Shown here in pieces: positions 21,924 through 31,463 of a stretch of DNA of 64,000 nt. The notes below the pieces were generated by a model. That model did not search any database and was not told the DNA's origin. It saw only the letters and a program-made list of their open reading frames with translations. Source of the DNA: an uncultured Candidatus Binatia bacterium (GTDB lineage: Bacteria; Desulfobacterota; Binatia; UBA9968; JAJDTQ01); NCBI GenBank assembly GCA_965242525.1, contig OZ251459.1:544001-608000 (forward strand), written 5' to 3'. Numbering within the stretch: position 1 is the stretch's first letter; every line of letters begins with the position of its first letter. A program made the position numbers and the translations under genes.

Positions 21924-23405
21924 TCAGCTCTTGGCAACGAAGAAGCGCGTGGTTTCGCCCCGCTGCACGAGGAACAGGGTGTTCCGGCCCTCGTCCCTCT
22001 GCCGCAGCGCCTGCTGGTATGCGCTCAGCGTCGCCGCGGGCTTCCGGTTGACCTCCAGGATGACGTCGCCCTGGCGCAGCCCGGCCTCGTCCGCGGGGCT
22101 CCCCGGCTCCACCTCGGTGACGAGGACCCCTTCCGTCCGCTTGAGGGAGAGCTTGTCCGCGGTGTCCGGGGTGATCTCCCGTACCGTCAGGCCAAGGCCG
22201 GAGGCGTCTTCTTCCGCGGTTGCGACGGTCTCCTCATCCTCGAGCTTGCCGATGCGGACCGTCAGCGTCCGTTCGCCGCGGTCGCGCAGCACCTTGACTT
22301 CCACCTCCTTGCCCACCGGCGTCCGGGCCACGATCATGGGGAGGTCCCTGTGCTGCTCGACCGGCTCGTTGTCGAACTCCACGATGACGTCCCCGGCCCG
22401 GAACCCTCCTTCGTCCGCGGGGGTGTCGGGCAACACCTCGGACACCAGCGCCCCTCGCGGTTCGTCCACGCCCAGGGACTCGGCCAGGAGCGGCGTCACC
22501 TGCTGGAAGGCCACGCCCAGCCAGCCTCGGGTGACGTGGCCGTCGTTCCGGAGTTGCGGCAGCAACTCCTTGACGAGGTTGATGGGGATGGCGAACCCGA
22601 TGCCGACGTTGCCTCCGCCTCGACTGTAGATGGCGGTGTTCACCCCCACGACCTCGCCGCGATGGTTGATGAGCGGGCCGCCGGAGTTGCCCGGGTTGAT
22701 GGATGCGTCGGTCTGGATGAAGTTGTCGTAGGGCCCGGCGCCGATACGGCGTCCCTTGGCGCTGACGATCCCGGAAGTGACCGTGCGGTCCAGTCCGAAC
22801 GGGTTGCCGATGGCCAACACCCCTTCGCCGATCTCCAGCCTGTCCGAGTCTCCCAGGGGCGCGGTGGGCAGCGCATAGCCCGCGTCGATCCGCACCAGCG
22901 CGATGTCGGTCTTCTCGTCCGTGCCGATGACCTTCCCCTCGAACTCGTTCTCGTCGGACAGGGTGACGGTGATGACGCCGTTCTCATGGCTCGTCACCAC
23001 GTGGTGGTTGGTCAGGATCAAGCCTTCGGGATCGATGATCACGCCCGACCCGAACGCCTGGGTCCTTCGGCGAGGCCTGGAGGGAGCGCCCGGGGGTCCG
23101 AAGGGACTCGGCATGCCGAAGTCCTCGAAGAACTTCCGCCACGTATCGGGCAAGGGATGGCCGAACCGTTGGGACCATTGGGTCGTCCTGGCTTCGCCCT
23201 TGGTGGTGATGTTGACCACCGCGGGGCTGACCGCCTTGACCAGCTCCACGATGTGGTTGACCGGCCTCTCGTCCGTGACCGCGGGTTTGGTGGACGCGTC
23301 GAGGTTCCGTTGGCCGAAACCCGCGGCGAGGACGGTCAGGGCCAGCAACAGGGCGCAGGCCCCCAGGGCTTTCACGGTCTTGCGACGAGATGGATGACGA
23401 AGCAT
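21924..23405 (-). CDS. degP: DegP/DegQ (HtrA) serine endoprotease with two PDZ domains
   Basis: Signal peptide, GSGVII, TNHHV, DIAL, QTDASINPGNSGGPL, two PDZ domains. Confidence 0.93.
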   Translation of the reverse strand: MLRHPSRRKTVKALGACALLLALTVLAAGFGQRNLDASTKPAVTDERPVNHIVELVKAVSPAVVNITTKGEARTTQWSQRFGHPLPDTWRKFFEDFGMPSPFGPPGAPSRPRRRTQAFGSGVIIDPEGLILTNHHVVTSHENGVITVTLSDENEFEGKVIGTDEKTDIALVRIDAGYALPTAPLGDSDRLEIGEGVLAIGNPFGLDRTVTSGIVSAKGRRIGAGPYDNFIQTDASINPGNSGGPLINHRGEVVGVNTAIYSRGGGNVGIGFAIPINLVKELLPQLRNDGHVTRGWLGVAFQQVTPLLAESLGVDEPRGALVSEVLPDTPADEGGFRAGDVIVEFDNEPVEQHRDLPMIVARTPVGKEVEVKVLRDRGERTLTVRIGKLEDEETVATAEEDASGLGLTVREITPDTADKLSLKRTEGVLVTEVEPGSPADEAGLRQGDVILEVNRKPAATLSAYQQALRQRDEGRNTLFLVQRGETTRFFVAKS

Positions 23406-23443
23406 GGAGCTACCTCCTGGCAGAATGGGTTGACCCTATGGAA

Positions 23444-23459
23444 AGCATATTTCGTGCCA
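23444..23459 (-). promoter_or_regulatory. Sigma54 -24/-12 promoter upstream of degP operon
   Basis: Minus strand TGGCACGAAATATGCT (GG-N10-GC), ~40 bp upstream of degP ATG with AGGAGG RBS. Confidence 0.75.
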
Positions 23460-23590
23460 CTCCTCGGCCATGGCCGGAACGCTGCCTTTTCAAGGGGTTA
23501 TCCCGGGATCCTCCTCCCGGATGGCGTCCAAAGGGTCGAACGTCTTCGACCATTCCGTCGAACCTCGGAGGGAAACGAACCGGGGGCCGA

Positions 23591-24634
23591 CTACATGCCC
23601 CGGAACCAGACGTTGCCGGCATCCAGGCTGAGGAGCGTCGGCGTGATGTCCGGGATGGCGGGGGTCCCGGTCATGATCATCACGCGCCTCAGTTCCTCGG
23701 TGAAGATCGACAGCACCCGATCGACTCCCGCGGGTCCCGCGGCCCCGAGTCCCCAGCAGACGGGCCGTCCCAGCAGGACCGCCCTGGCGCCCAAAGCCAG
23801 CGCCTTGGCCACGTCGCCGCCCCTTCGGGCGCCGCTGTCGAGCAGCACCGGGACCCGGTCGCCCGCGGCGTCCGCCACTTCCGGGAGGACTTCGATGGCC
23901 GCGCGGTTGAAATCGAGGATCCGGCCTCCGTGGTTGGACACCACCAGGCAGTCCGCGCCCGCGTCGATGGCCGTGCGCGCGTCGTCGGGGTTCATGATCC
24001 CCTTCACCACCACGGGGACGGACACCTCGTTCTTGAGCCAAGCCACGTCGTCCGGCGACGACAGGTGCACCGTGCGGGGCTTCCCGTCCGATGACAGGGG
24101 GACCCGGTCCCTCAGCTTGGTGGGTTGCAGCGTGTCCATGGTGAGCCCCACCGCGGCGTAACCGATCTCGTCCGCCCTGCGCACCGCGCGCAACACCGTC
24201 TCCCGTCCCTTGCTCAGGTACGCCATATAGACCAGGGGGGACGAGATCCCCTCCGCCCACTGGTCCACGGTGGACTGGGTCGCGCCGCTGATGAACACCA
24301 TGGTCCCGGACCGGCTGGCCCCTTCCGCCACTTCGTGCTCGCCGTTCTTGCGCAACAGCCGGAAGCTTCCCACCGGCCCGACCAGGGCGGGCGAGGGCAG
24401 CCTGCGGCCGAACAGCTCGATGGAGGTGTCCGGGTCGGTCACGTCGTGGAAGATCCGCTGGCGGAACAGGAGGCGGTCCAGCGCGGCGCGGTTCCGCTTC
24501 ATGGTCGATTCGCTCTCCGCGGCCCCCATGACGTGCTCGATGGCCTCGGGCCTGACCCGGAGGCGAAAGAGCTCGTGGATCTCCGCCAGGCTCAGCTCCC
24601 CGAGGGGTTTCCGTTCCGGTGGTTGGATGCTCAT
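23591..24634 (-). CDS. FMN-dependent alpha-hydroxy acid dehydrogenase family protein
   Basis: VVVKGI, VSNHGGR, LDSGARRGGDVAKALALGA, LGRP. Confidence 0.9.
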   Translation of the reverse strand: MSIQPPERKPLGELSLAEIHELFRLRVRPEAIEHVMGAAESESTMKRNRAALDRLLFRQRIFHDVTDPDTSIELFGRRLPSPALVGPVGSFRLLRKNGEHEVAEGASRSGTMVFISGATQSTVDQWAEGISSPLVYMAYLSKGRETVLRAVRRADEIGYAAVGLTMDTLQPTKLRDRVPLSSDGKPRTVHLSSPDDVAWLKNEVSVPVVVKGIMNPDDARTAIDAGADCLVVSNHGGRILDFNRAAIEVLPEVADAAGDRVPVLLDSGARRGGDVAKALALGARAVLLGRPVCWGLGAAGPAGVDRVLSIFTEELRRVMIMTGTPAIPDITPTLLSLDAGNVWFRGM

Positions 24635-24680
24635 GGCCGGAATCCTAGATCATCCGTCGTCGTTCATCAATCGTCAGCGG

Positions 24681-25664
24681 TCATCCGGACAGGCGGAACT
24701 GGAGCAACAGCGTCCTCTGGAACGGCAGGAAGTTGTCGTCGGAAACCAGGTAGAGAAGGGTCCGTCCCTCCGGGTCCCGTCGGACCGACAGTCCCTCGAA
24801 GTTGTCCAGCGGCAACGGATGCCGGAGGGCGGCTACGATGCTTCCGCGGACCTTCGCCCCCGCGCTCAGGCCGGCTTTCCCGATCCGCACGACCCGGGTG
24901 TGCTTCCTCACCAAGTCGAACTGCCGTTCGAGCAGGAGCACGTCGCCGTCGGGCAGGGTCGCGAGTCCCGTGGGACTGAACCCGTCCGCGGGAACGTAGG
25001 AGATGGCCTCGGCCGCGCCGTTCTTCATGAGCCAGCCCTTGAGGCTGTGGTCCCGGTTGGCGTGGTCCTCGGTGATGCCGAAGACCGTGCCGTCGGCCAG
25101 GACCGTGATGGCTTCGATGCCCCCGTTGTTGGGCGCGTTGGCCAGGTCGAGGGGGGTTGGCGTCGGTTGGGGAGGGGCGTCGAGGCCGCCCGGATACCTC
25201 CAGATCCGGTGGGGGTACTCGAACGAGACCAGGAAGGAGCCGTCGAGGTCCCGCACCAGGCCTTCGGCGTCCCGCTGCAACCGGTTGACCGCGTGGCCCG
25301 CGGGAGTCAGGAGGGGAACGGAGCGCCATGAGCCCGCGGCGACGAGACGTCCGTTCGCGTCGTGGGCCAGGTTCGCGGTGACCCAGCGGCCGCGGTCGGA
25401 CACCGCGTAGAGGCGCGCGCCGTCCGGGCTCACGTCCAGGCCCGAAAGCCCGCCGAAACGCCGGTCGTTCGACGATAACTCGAAGCCGCCGAGGAACACC
25501 AGCCCTCCCATCCGCGGCCCGTCGGTCCACTCCGGTTCGACCGGCTGCGCCCGGACCTCGATCCGCCCGGCGACGCCTTCGCCGCCGGCCGCAGAGCACA
25601 GCAGCGCCAGGGCGGCCAGGCAGGCGAGCGCAACCCGCGGCGGGTACGGGCGTCCGCGCCTCAC
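24681..25664 (-). CDS. Secreted esterase-like/phytase-like beta-propeller protein
   Basis: FGGLSGL, AVSDRG, DAEGL, NGGIEA, DNFEGL, LVSDDNF; GTG start overlaps folK stop. Confidence 0.8.
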   Translation of the reverse strand: MRRGRPYPPRVALACLAALALLCSAAGGEGVAGRIEVRAQPVEPEWTDGPRMGGLVFLGGFELSSNDRRFGGLSGLDVSPDGARLYAVSDRGRWVTANLAHDANGRLVAAGSWRSVPLLTPAGHAVNRLQRDAEGLVRDLDGSFLVSFEYPHRIWRYPGGLDAPPQPTPTPLDLANAPNNGGIEAITVLADGTVFGITEDHANRDHSLKGWLMKNGAAEAISYVPADGFSPTGLATLPDGDVLLLERQFDLVRKHTRVVRIGKAGLSAGAKVRGSIVAALRHPLPLDNFEGLSVRRDPEGRTLLYLVSDDNFLPFQRTLLLQFRLSG

Positions 25665-26044
25665 AACTGCAACTCCGGCAGCACCGCCAGCACCGCATCG
25701 CGCAGGAAGTCGCGGGTGTAGAGGGTGCGGTCGATGACCTCGCCGTTCCACACGACGATGTCGAGGTCGATGGTGCGGGGTCCGTACCGGTTCGGTCCGC
25801 GGCGCCGTCCGAGTATGAACTCGATGGTCTTGAGCTCGGACCTGAGCCGCTCCCGTCCCACGCGGGTCTCCACCAACAGCGTGCCGTTGATGAAGTTCGG
25901 CTGGTGGACGTAGCCCACCGGCCCGGTTTCCACCAGCGGCGATTCGGCGACGATGACGTGCCTGTGGGCGATCTGCCGCCGCGCGCTGGCGATGTTGCGT
26001 CCGGGCTCGATATTGGAGCCGACGCCGACCACGGCCCGGTTCAT
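25661..26044 (-). CDS. folK: 2-amino-4-hydroxy-6-hydroxymethyldihydropteridine pyrophosphokinase
   Basis: GVGSNI, QPNFIN, LKTIE..LGR, GPRTIDLDI. Confidence 0.92.
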   Translation of the reverse strand: MNRAVVGVGSNIEPGRNIASARRQIAHRHVIVAESPLVETGPVGYVHQPNFINGTLLVETRVGRERLRSELKTIEFILGRRRGPNRYGPRTIDLDIVVWNGEVIDRTLYTRDFLRDAVLAVLPELQL

Positions 26045-26424
26045 TCCGTTCCCGCTCTCGTCCTTTCCGCGGAGCGCTCCACCGAGACCGAGTCCGCGAA
26101 CCGGAGGGCGGAGGGCTTGGCGACCCGGACCCGGGCCCGTTCCACCCGGAGGTCTTCCATGACCAGCGTCAGCAGGTGGTCGCAGAGCTTTTCCACCAGA
26201 AAGAACGACGACCCCTCCACCGCCTCGATGATGCGCTTGTTGAGCCGCTTGTAATCGACGGTCTCGTCGATGGCGTCGCGGGCGAAGACGGTGCTTGCGG
26301 GGAGCTCCAGCTCGACGTGGAGCACCACGTCCTGCTTCGTCTCGCGCTCCCAGTCGTTGACGCCGATGACGGTCCTGAGGCGCAGGTTCTCGATGGCGAT
26401 CTTGACCGGGTTCCGTTGGATCAT
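26041..26424 (-). CDS. folB: Dihydroneopterin aldolase/epimerase (FolB/FolX family)
   Basis: IENLRLRTVIGVNDWER..KQDV, TVDYK, FFLVEKL, KPSALRFADSVSV (C-terminus is FolX-like). Confidence 0.8.
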   Translation of the reverse strand: MIQRNPVKIAIENLRLRTVIGVNDWERETKQDVVLHVELELPASTVFARDAIDETVDYKRLNKRIIEAVEGSSFFLVEKLCDHLLTLVMEDLRVERARVRVAKPSALRFADSVSVERSAERTRAGTE

Positions 26425-26628
26425 GGGACCTTGGCCGGCTGCGCAGGACCCCCGGAGAGGACCTGTCCGCGGGGCCTCCGGGCGGGAAGTGCGCGAGCGG
26501 CGTCCGGGAGCCGCGTGACGGGGCTTGCATCGAGGTTCCGCTCGCTCCCCCCGAACGGGAGGAGCCTGCACGGGCTGCACCGCCCGGGAACGGCCGGAGC
26601 TTCCGCGAAAGGCCGCGGGAGCTTGCGG

Positions 26629-27348
26629 CTACAGGTGCTCGCCGCCATCGACGTAGATGCACTCGCCCGTGACGAACGGGTTGTCCAGCAGAAACAGCAC
26701 GGCGGCGATCAGGTTATCCGTGTTGCCGGTGCGTTGCAAGGGCAGGGCGGCGCTGCGCCGCTCCAACTCGTCGGCCACTCCTCCCGCGGGCGCCAGTATC
26801 ATGCCGGGACAGACGCCGTTGACCCGGATGGCGGGGCCGAGCTCCCGGGCCGCCATGCGCGTCAGTTCCCACAGCGCCTTCTTGGACAGGGTGTAGGCCG
26901 CGTGCTGCGGCTCCGACTTGCGCACCCGGGTGTCGAGCACGTTGACGATCTGGCCGCGCGCGCAGCCCTCGGCGAACGCCCGGGTGAGGAAGAACGGCGC
27001 CCGGAAGTTGACGTGGAAATGGCGCTCGAACAGGTGGAGGTCGGTGTCCCGGATGCCTCCCCGCTCGAAGACGGAGGCGTTGTTCACCAGCACGTTCAGG
27101 TGCGGGAAGCGTTCCCGGACCCGGGGCGCCAGCGACAGGGTCTCTTCATGGTCGTCCAGGTCGCAGCGGAACAGCCCGCACTTTCCCCCGGCGTCCTCCA
27201 CCTCCCGCGCCGTCCGTTCCGCGTCCTCCTCCGAGTCGAGGTAGTGCAGCGCCACGTCGTAGCCTTCCCGCGCCAGCGCCAGCGCCAGCGCCGCTCCGAT
27301 GCGCCTGGCCCCCCCGGTGACCAGCGCCGCTCCCCTGGGTGCAGCCAT
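26629..27348 (-). CDS. SDR pteridine reductase (FolM/PTR1-like)
   Basis: TGGARRIG, LVNNASVF, YTLSK, VDGG; in operon with folB/X and folK. Confidence 0.85.
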   Translation of the reverse strand: MAAPRGAALVTGGARRIGAALALALAREGYDVALHYLDSEEDAERTAREVEDAGGKCGLFRCDLDDHEETLSLAPRVRERFPHLNVLVNNASVFERGGIRDTDLHLFERHFHVNFRAPFFLTRAFAEGCARGQIVNVLDTRVRKSEPQHAAYTLSKKALWELTRMAARELGPAIRVNGVCPGMILAPAGGVADELERRSAALPLQRTGNTDNLIAAVLFLLDNPFVTGECIYVDGGEHL

Positions 27349-27470
27349 GTCCGGCATCATACCGATTTTTCCACGCCCTTTCGATCCGCATCGTCGGTAG
27401 TCGGTGTCGGAGCAACCGGCTTTCTGCAAGCCCCCTGGCAGTCCCCCGGATGTGCTGCGGTGGGTTCAGG

Positions 27471-28924
27471 TCATCGAACGGGCTTGACGCCTCCCTTGCG
27501 ACCCAGGCCATAGCCCACCCTGAAAACGTCTGGGACATTGACCCGACCGTCGTACAGGCGTTGGAAGACCCCCAGGGCTTCGAGGTCCTCACGGATGCCG
27601 TCGGGGCCATGATGGCGGGGGGACAGCTTGACGTGGTGTCGTTGTGCTTCCGCGGCAAGACAGTTGAGAACGCCTTCCGTGTTCCAACGGTCGGCAACGT
27701 CTTCGAATTCACAAGGCACGGTTACGCCGGCAAGGGATTTCAGAACTTGGTTCACCCACGGATAATCCTCTCGAAGCTCTTCGATTCGTGTTCGTGATGC
27801 GGCTTGCACGCCAAATTTGATTGCTTTGGGATGCAACACATGATGGTGGTCGGCGTGCTCGATACGGGTATTTTCCGCAGCCTCCCGCAACGCCGTGAGA
27901 AACGAACGAGGGCTTAGCCTTCCTTGGGTATCGGCCAGGTGCTTGGGGATCCAGGTGTAGGGGAAACCGCGCCTTCGATTCGTTCCCATCCATGGGCCTG
28001 CAACGTCGTGAAACTTCTCGCGCTGGTAATCTTCATCGAGGATCAGGCGCCGCGGGACCGGGTACAGACATCGCTGGCCAACTCGTATCGGCGACCAGTT
28101 CTCTTTCCTCAAAAATTTCCGAAAGACTTCGCCATTCGGTCCATTGGCCGAGTGGTGCCACAGGAGGCCGTAGAGTTCTCGGGCAGGCCAACTCAACTCG
28201 ACGGCCGAAGCAAGGACCTTCGAAGCATCGGGGAAGTCGCCGATCTCGGTCTCGTCGTTCTGGTCGGACCGCAAGAACACTTGATCCGTATCCTCCGATA
28301 GGAGCGCATGTCGATGGCGGTTTGCATCAAGCCGCGAACCAGTTTGTACATCACTCTCCGGTCGTCGGAGCAACGGTCGAGTGCGTCGAACAAAAGCAGA
28401 AAGAACACCCCTTTATGATCGAACTCGTCATCGCGCATGCCGAACAAACGGTCGATCACCTCAGGATGATCGTCCACGTATCCTGTTCGCTTGCTCCAAT
28501 CATCCTGTTTTCGAAAGGGATGGTCGTGCGGTGCGAGCTGCCAAGCCTGTACTGTTCGCCAGATAATCCTCGGCTCAACACCGGCGTGCTGAATGAGGTG
28601 TAGCAACACGTCCTTGCTGGGGTAATGATCGGGTGCTGGTCTTACACCGAATCCTGTTCTCACCTCGGTGTTTTCACCCAACGTAGATAGGTTATTGTAT
28701 AATCCCAACAGTTGGCGAACGCTGGATTGCTGCAGAGCGCTCCACCAGAACGTCTTTCCCGCGCCGCGCATGCCGGTCACCAGCATTGTGTCGGGATCCA
28801 TGGCCTTGAGGTGGGGACTCGGTACGTACACGTGTTCGGGAGGGGGCGGCTCGCCGTAACTCGTCTCTGCCGGTAGTGAAGCGAGCGCTTCCCGTGCTCG
28901 CTGGATGTCTATGGTCCCTGTCAT
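27471..28924 (-). pseudogene. P-loop ATPase (~480 aa), split by a -1 frameshift near 28280 (may be a sequencing error)
   Basis: Walker A LVTGMRGAGKTFWW, Walker B LLLFDALD. ...RIRIK|VFLRSD continues in another frame and one missing G restores it. C-terminus VPDVFRVGYGLGRKGGV. ATGA overlap with the upstream gene. Confidence 0.75.
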
Positions 28925-30201
28925 GGCGTGTCTCGGTTGTCGTTGACTTCGCCATCGAACCATTTCAGGAACTCTGCGTATGCCTGGTACACGGCTGCCC
29001 GGTCCAGAAAGCGCAAGGATGTACCGGCGGCGAGCCCGCGGTTCCAGTGGATGGGGATTGGGTGATGGGGGGCTTCTTCGTCGTCCAGCCCGAACGAAAA
29101 TTCATCGCCGGTGTTGGCGGGAGCAATTTCATCGTACAGGTGGTCTCGAAACAGGCTCCATGCCTGTTGCCGGAACCGCTGCAGGTAAAGTTCGGTATCG
29201 AGTTCGGGGGTCAGTGCGGACACGATGAACAGGCGTTCCCTGATGCTCGTCGCCAGGTCGTGATCCCGCCAATGACGGAAGAGGATACCGTAATCGGTCC
29301 AGGTGCTCTCCGAGTCGGCGGCGAAAAGCAGGACCCGTGCTTTGAGGTCGGTGACCGTGGCCGCAGCAATGTCGTGAAGGCCGCTACGGCTCTCCAGCAG
29401 CGCCACTGTGGGTTTGTGGGTGTCTTCGAGTCGGGACAACAGGCCACCAAGGCGCTCGGCCCATGTAGTACCGGCGCCCACATGGACACGCCCCAACTTG
29501 GCAAGATACTCGCCGGGTTCGCTGCCATGAGCCGGCACGACCCGGACGTCGCCTTCCAGTTCTCGTGACCACGATGGATGAGCGGACATCCGTCCGATTA
29601 CCCGTTCACCTTGTCCGACCAGGTCCTCCACGAACCAGTCGGTGACGCCAAACTCCGGCTGTGTTCGCGCATCGAGCATCGCCGACGACAATCCCGGGGA
29701 CTCCAGATCCAGATCGACCACCAGAACCCGTTCACCGCTACGCGCCAAGTGCCACGCAAGAACGGCGGCAGTAGTACTCCGACCCACCCCGCCCTTCACG
29801 GAAAAGAGGGTGTAACGACGCGGACCGTCTTTCGGAGGAGGCGGGCTTACCGTCGACCAGTCGCCGCCGGTCATCAGGCGGTCCACCCAATATACGTTGG
29901 ACTCGATTGTGGAAGCGTCTTCCCGTAGGGTGTTCAGTCGTTCGGAATCCACGAACAGAACGGCGGTTTCTTCAGGGTAGGCATACGCACCCAGTTTTTC
30001 CTGCAGGCGGACTGCAAGACCTCTCACAGCGTTGCGTCGCTCTTCGTCTTCCCGTACTGCCTCCGATACGGCTATACGTAACTTCCCGTACAGGTTCCGT
30101 ACCAGATAGACTTCACCGAGACCGTGTAGTTCCTCCGGTGATCCCTTCAACACGTCCACCACTCGAGAGCGCACGGAGTCAAACGGAACGAATCCGACCA
30201 T
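28921..30201 (-). CDS. ParA/MinD-like ATPase with KGGVGR variant Walker A and N-terminal extension
   Basis: FSVKGGVGRSTTA, VVDLDLESPG, LLESRSGLHDIAA; 426 aa. Confidence 0.85.
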   Translation of the reverse strand: MVGFVPFDSVRSRVVDVLKGSPEELHGLGEVYLVRNLYGKLRIAVSEAVREDEERRNAVRGLAVRLQEKLGAYAYPEETAVLFVDSERLNTLREDASTIESNVYWVDRLMTGGDWSTVSPPPPKDGPRRYTLFSVKGGVGRSTTAAVLAWHLARSGERVLVVDLDLESPGLSSAMLDARTQPEFGVTDWFVEDLVGQGERVIGRMSAHPSWSRELEGDVRVVPAHGSEPGEYLAKLGRVHVGAGTTWAERLGGLLSRLEDTHKPTVALLESRSGLHDIAAATVTDLKARVLLFAADSESTWTDYGILFRHWRDHDLATSIRERLFIVSALTPELDTELYLQRFRQQAWSLFRDHLYDEIAPANTGDEFSFGLDDEEAPHHPIPIHWNRGLAAGTSLRFLDRAAVYQAYAEFLKWFDGEVNDNRDTP

Positions 30202-30202
30202 C

Positions 30203-30292
30203 TCAAGGACCGTCCTCGATTACGAGGTTCACCGTTGCGCGATCCTCCCAGTGACGGCGGTGGGCATCGAAGAAATCAGCGGGGTGCGGCAT
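30203..30292 (-). pseudogene. Internally deleted remnant of a small (HEPN-like) gene heading the ATPase operon
   Basis: GAGAAGGA RBS then MPHPADFFDAHRRHWED|RATVNLVIEDGP*, stop 1 nt before the ParA-like ATG. The N-terminus resembles small helical genes I recall preceding such ATPases. Confidence 0.5.
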
Positions 30293-30571
30293 TTCCTTCT
30301 CGTATCCCTTCGGTGTCGTCGCTTCCATATGCCGGTTGCCTACGGCTGCGACGAAGCGGACGCCTGTCCGAGGGAGGTTTCGGTCCCGTCCCGGTTCAGG
30401 GAGGCTTCAAGCCTAACGCAGGGACCGCAGGGAAGGCAAGCTCACCGCGGGCCGTGCATCATTCCGGTTCCCGTGGTATAGGTAAGGATCTCCAGGGCGC
30501 CTCGTCCTGGAGGTCTGGTCCGAACGGGGTCGTCGAGCGGGAAGGTCGGCGGTCCATCCATCGAGGGTTCC

Positions 30572-31432
30572 ATGACGGTCGAAAGCGTGACGTTGTTGCA
30601 TCCGGGCAGCATGGGCGCCGCGGTCGGCGCCGCCTTGAGGGGCGTCCGCGTGCTGTGGGTGTCCGACGGGCGCAGTCGGGCGAGCGCGGACAGGGCGCGT
30701 CGGGCCGGGCTGACGGAGGCGGCCACGCTGGCCGAAGCCGTGGGCGCCAGCGACGCGGTCCTTTCCGTGTGCCCGCCCCATGCCGCTGAGGAGGTCGCGC
30801 GGAGCGTGGCCGACCTGGGCTTCGCCGGGCTCTACGTGGACGCCAACGCGGTCTCGCGGGCCACCGCCGAGCGCGTGGGGGCCGCGGTCCGCAAGGCCGG
30901 GGCCGGCTTCGTGGACGGCGGCATCATCGGCCCGCCGGTGGAGCGGCCCGGAACCACGCGCCTCTACCTTTCCGGGGAGCGGGCCGCGGAAGTGGCCCGA
31001 CTGTTCTCCGGCGGTCCCCTGGACGCACGAGTCGTGGGGGCGCAGCCCGGGGCCGCCTCCGCCCTCAAGATGGCTTACGCCGGCTGGACCAAGGGCAGCG
31101 ATGCGCTGATCCTCGCCATCCGGGCGCTGGCGGCCCGGGAAGGCGTGGACGAGGCGCTGCTTGCGGAATGGTCCGAGTCCCGTCCCGACTTGGTGGGTCG
31201 GAGCGCGCGGGCGGCCGCTTCGGCTGCGCCCAAGGGTTGGCGTTACGTGGGCGAAATGGAGGAAGTCGCCGCCAGCTTCGACGCCGCGGGGCTCCCTTCG
31301 GGCTTCCACGAGGCCGCGGCCGACCTCTACCAGCGGCTCGCGCCGTTCAAGGGCCATTCCGGGCCCGAGGTCACCGAAGTCCTCGACACGCTCTGCGGAC
31401 CGACCGGGAAACGTAGCGCCGCCGATGGCTGA
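30572..31432 (+). CDS. NAD(P)-dependent oxidoreductase with DUF1932 domain
   Basis: LHPGSMGAAVG, SVCPPHAA, YVDANAVS, VDGGIIGPP, ASALKMAYA, WRYVGEMEE. Confidence 0.85.
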   Translation: MTVESVTLLHPGSMGAAVGAALRGVRVLWVSDGRSRASADRARRAGLTEAATLAEAVGASDAVLSVCPPHAAEEVARSVADLGFAGLYVDANAVSRATAERVGAAVRKAGAGFVDGGIIGPPVERPGTTRLYLSGERAAEVARLFSGGPLDARVVGAQPGAASALKMAYAGWTKGSDALILAIRALAAREGVDEALLAEWSESRPDLVGRSARAAASAAPKGWRYVGEMEEVAASFDAAGLPSGFHEAAADLYQRLAPFKGHSGPEVTEVLDTLCGPTGKRSAADG

Positions 31433-31463
31433 TCCTGTAAGCGTGGAGACGGAGGAAACAGCG

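Noticed and set aside
28270-28290. Programmed ribosomal frameshift in the ATPase gene
   Set aside because: No slippery heptamer; a single missing G (AAG GTG to AAG TG) explains it as mutation or sequencing error.
28921-30201. Chromosome/plasmid partition ParA or MinD
   Set aside because: No parB, parS-like site, rep or minE; the variant KGGVGR motif, extra domains and coupling to a second ATPase argue otherwise.
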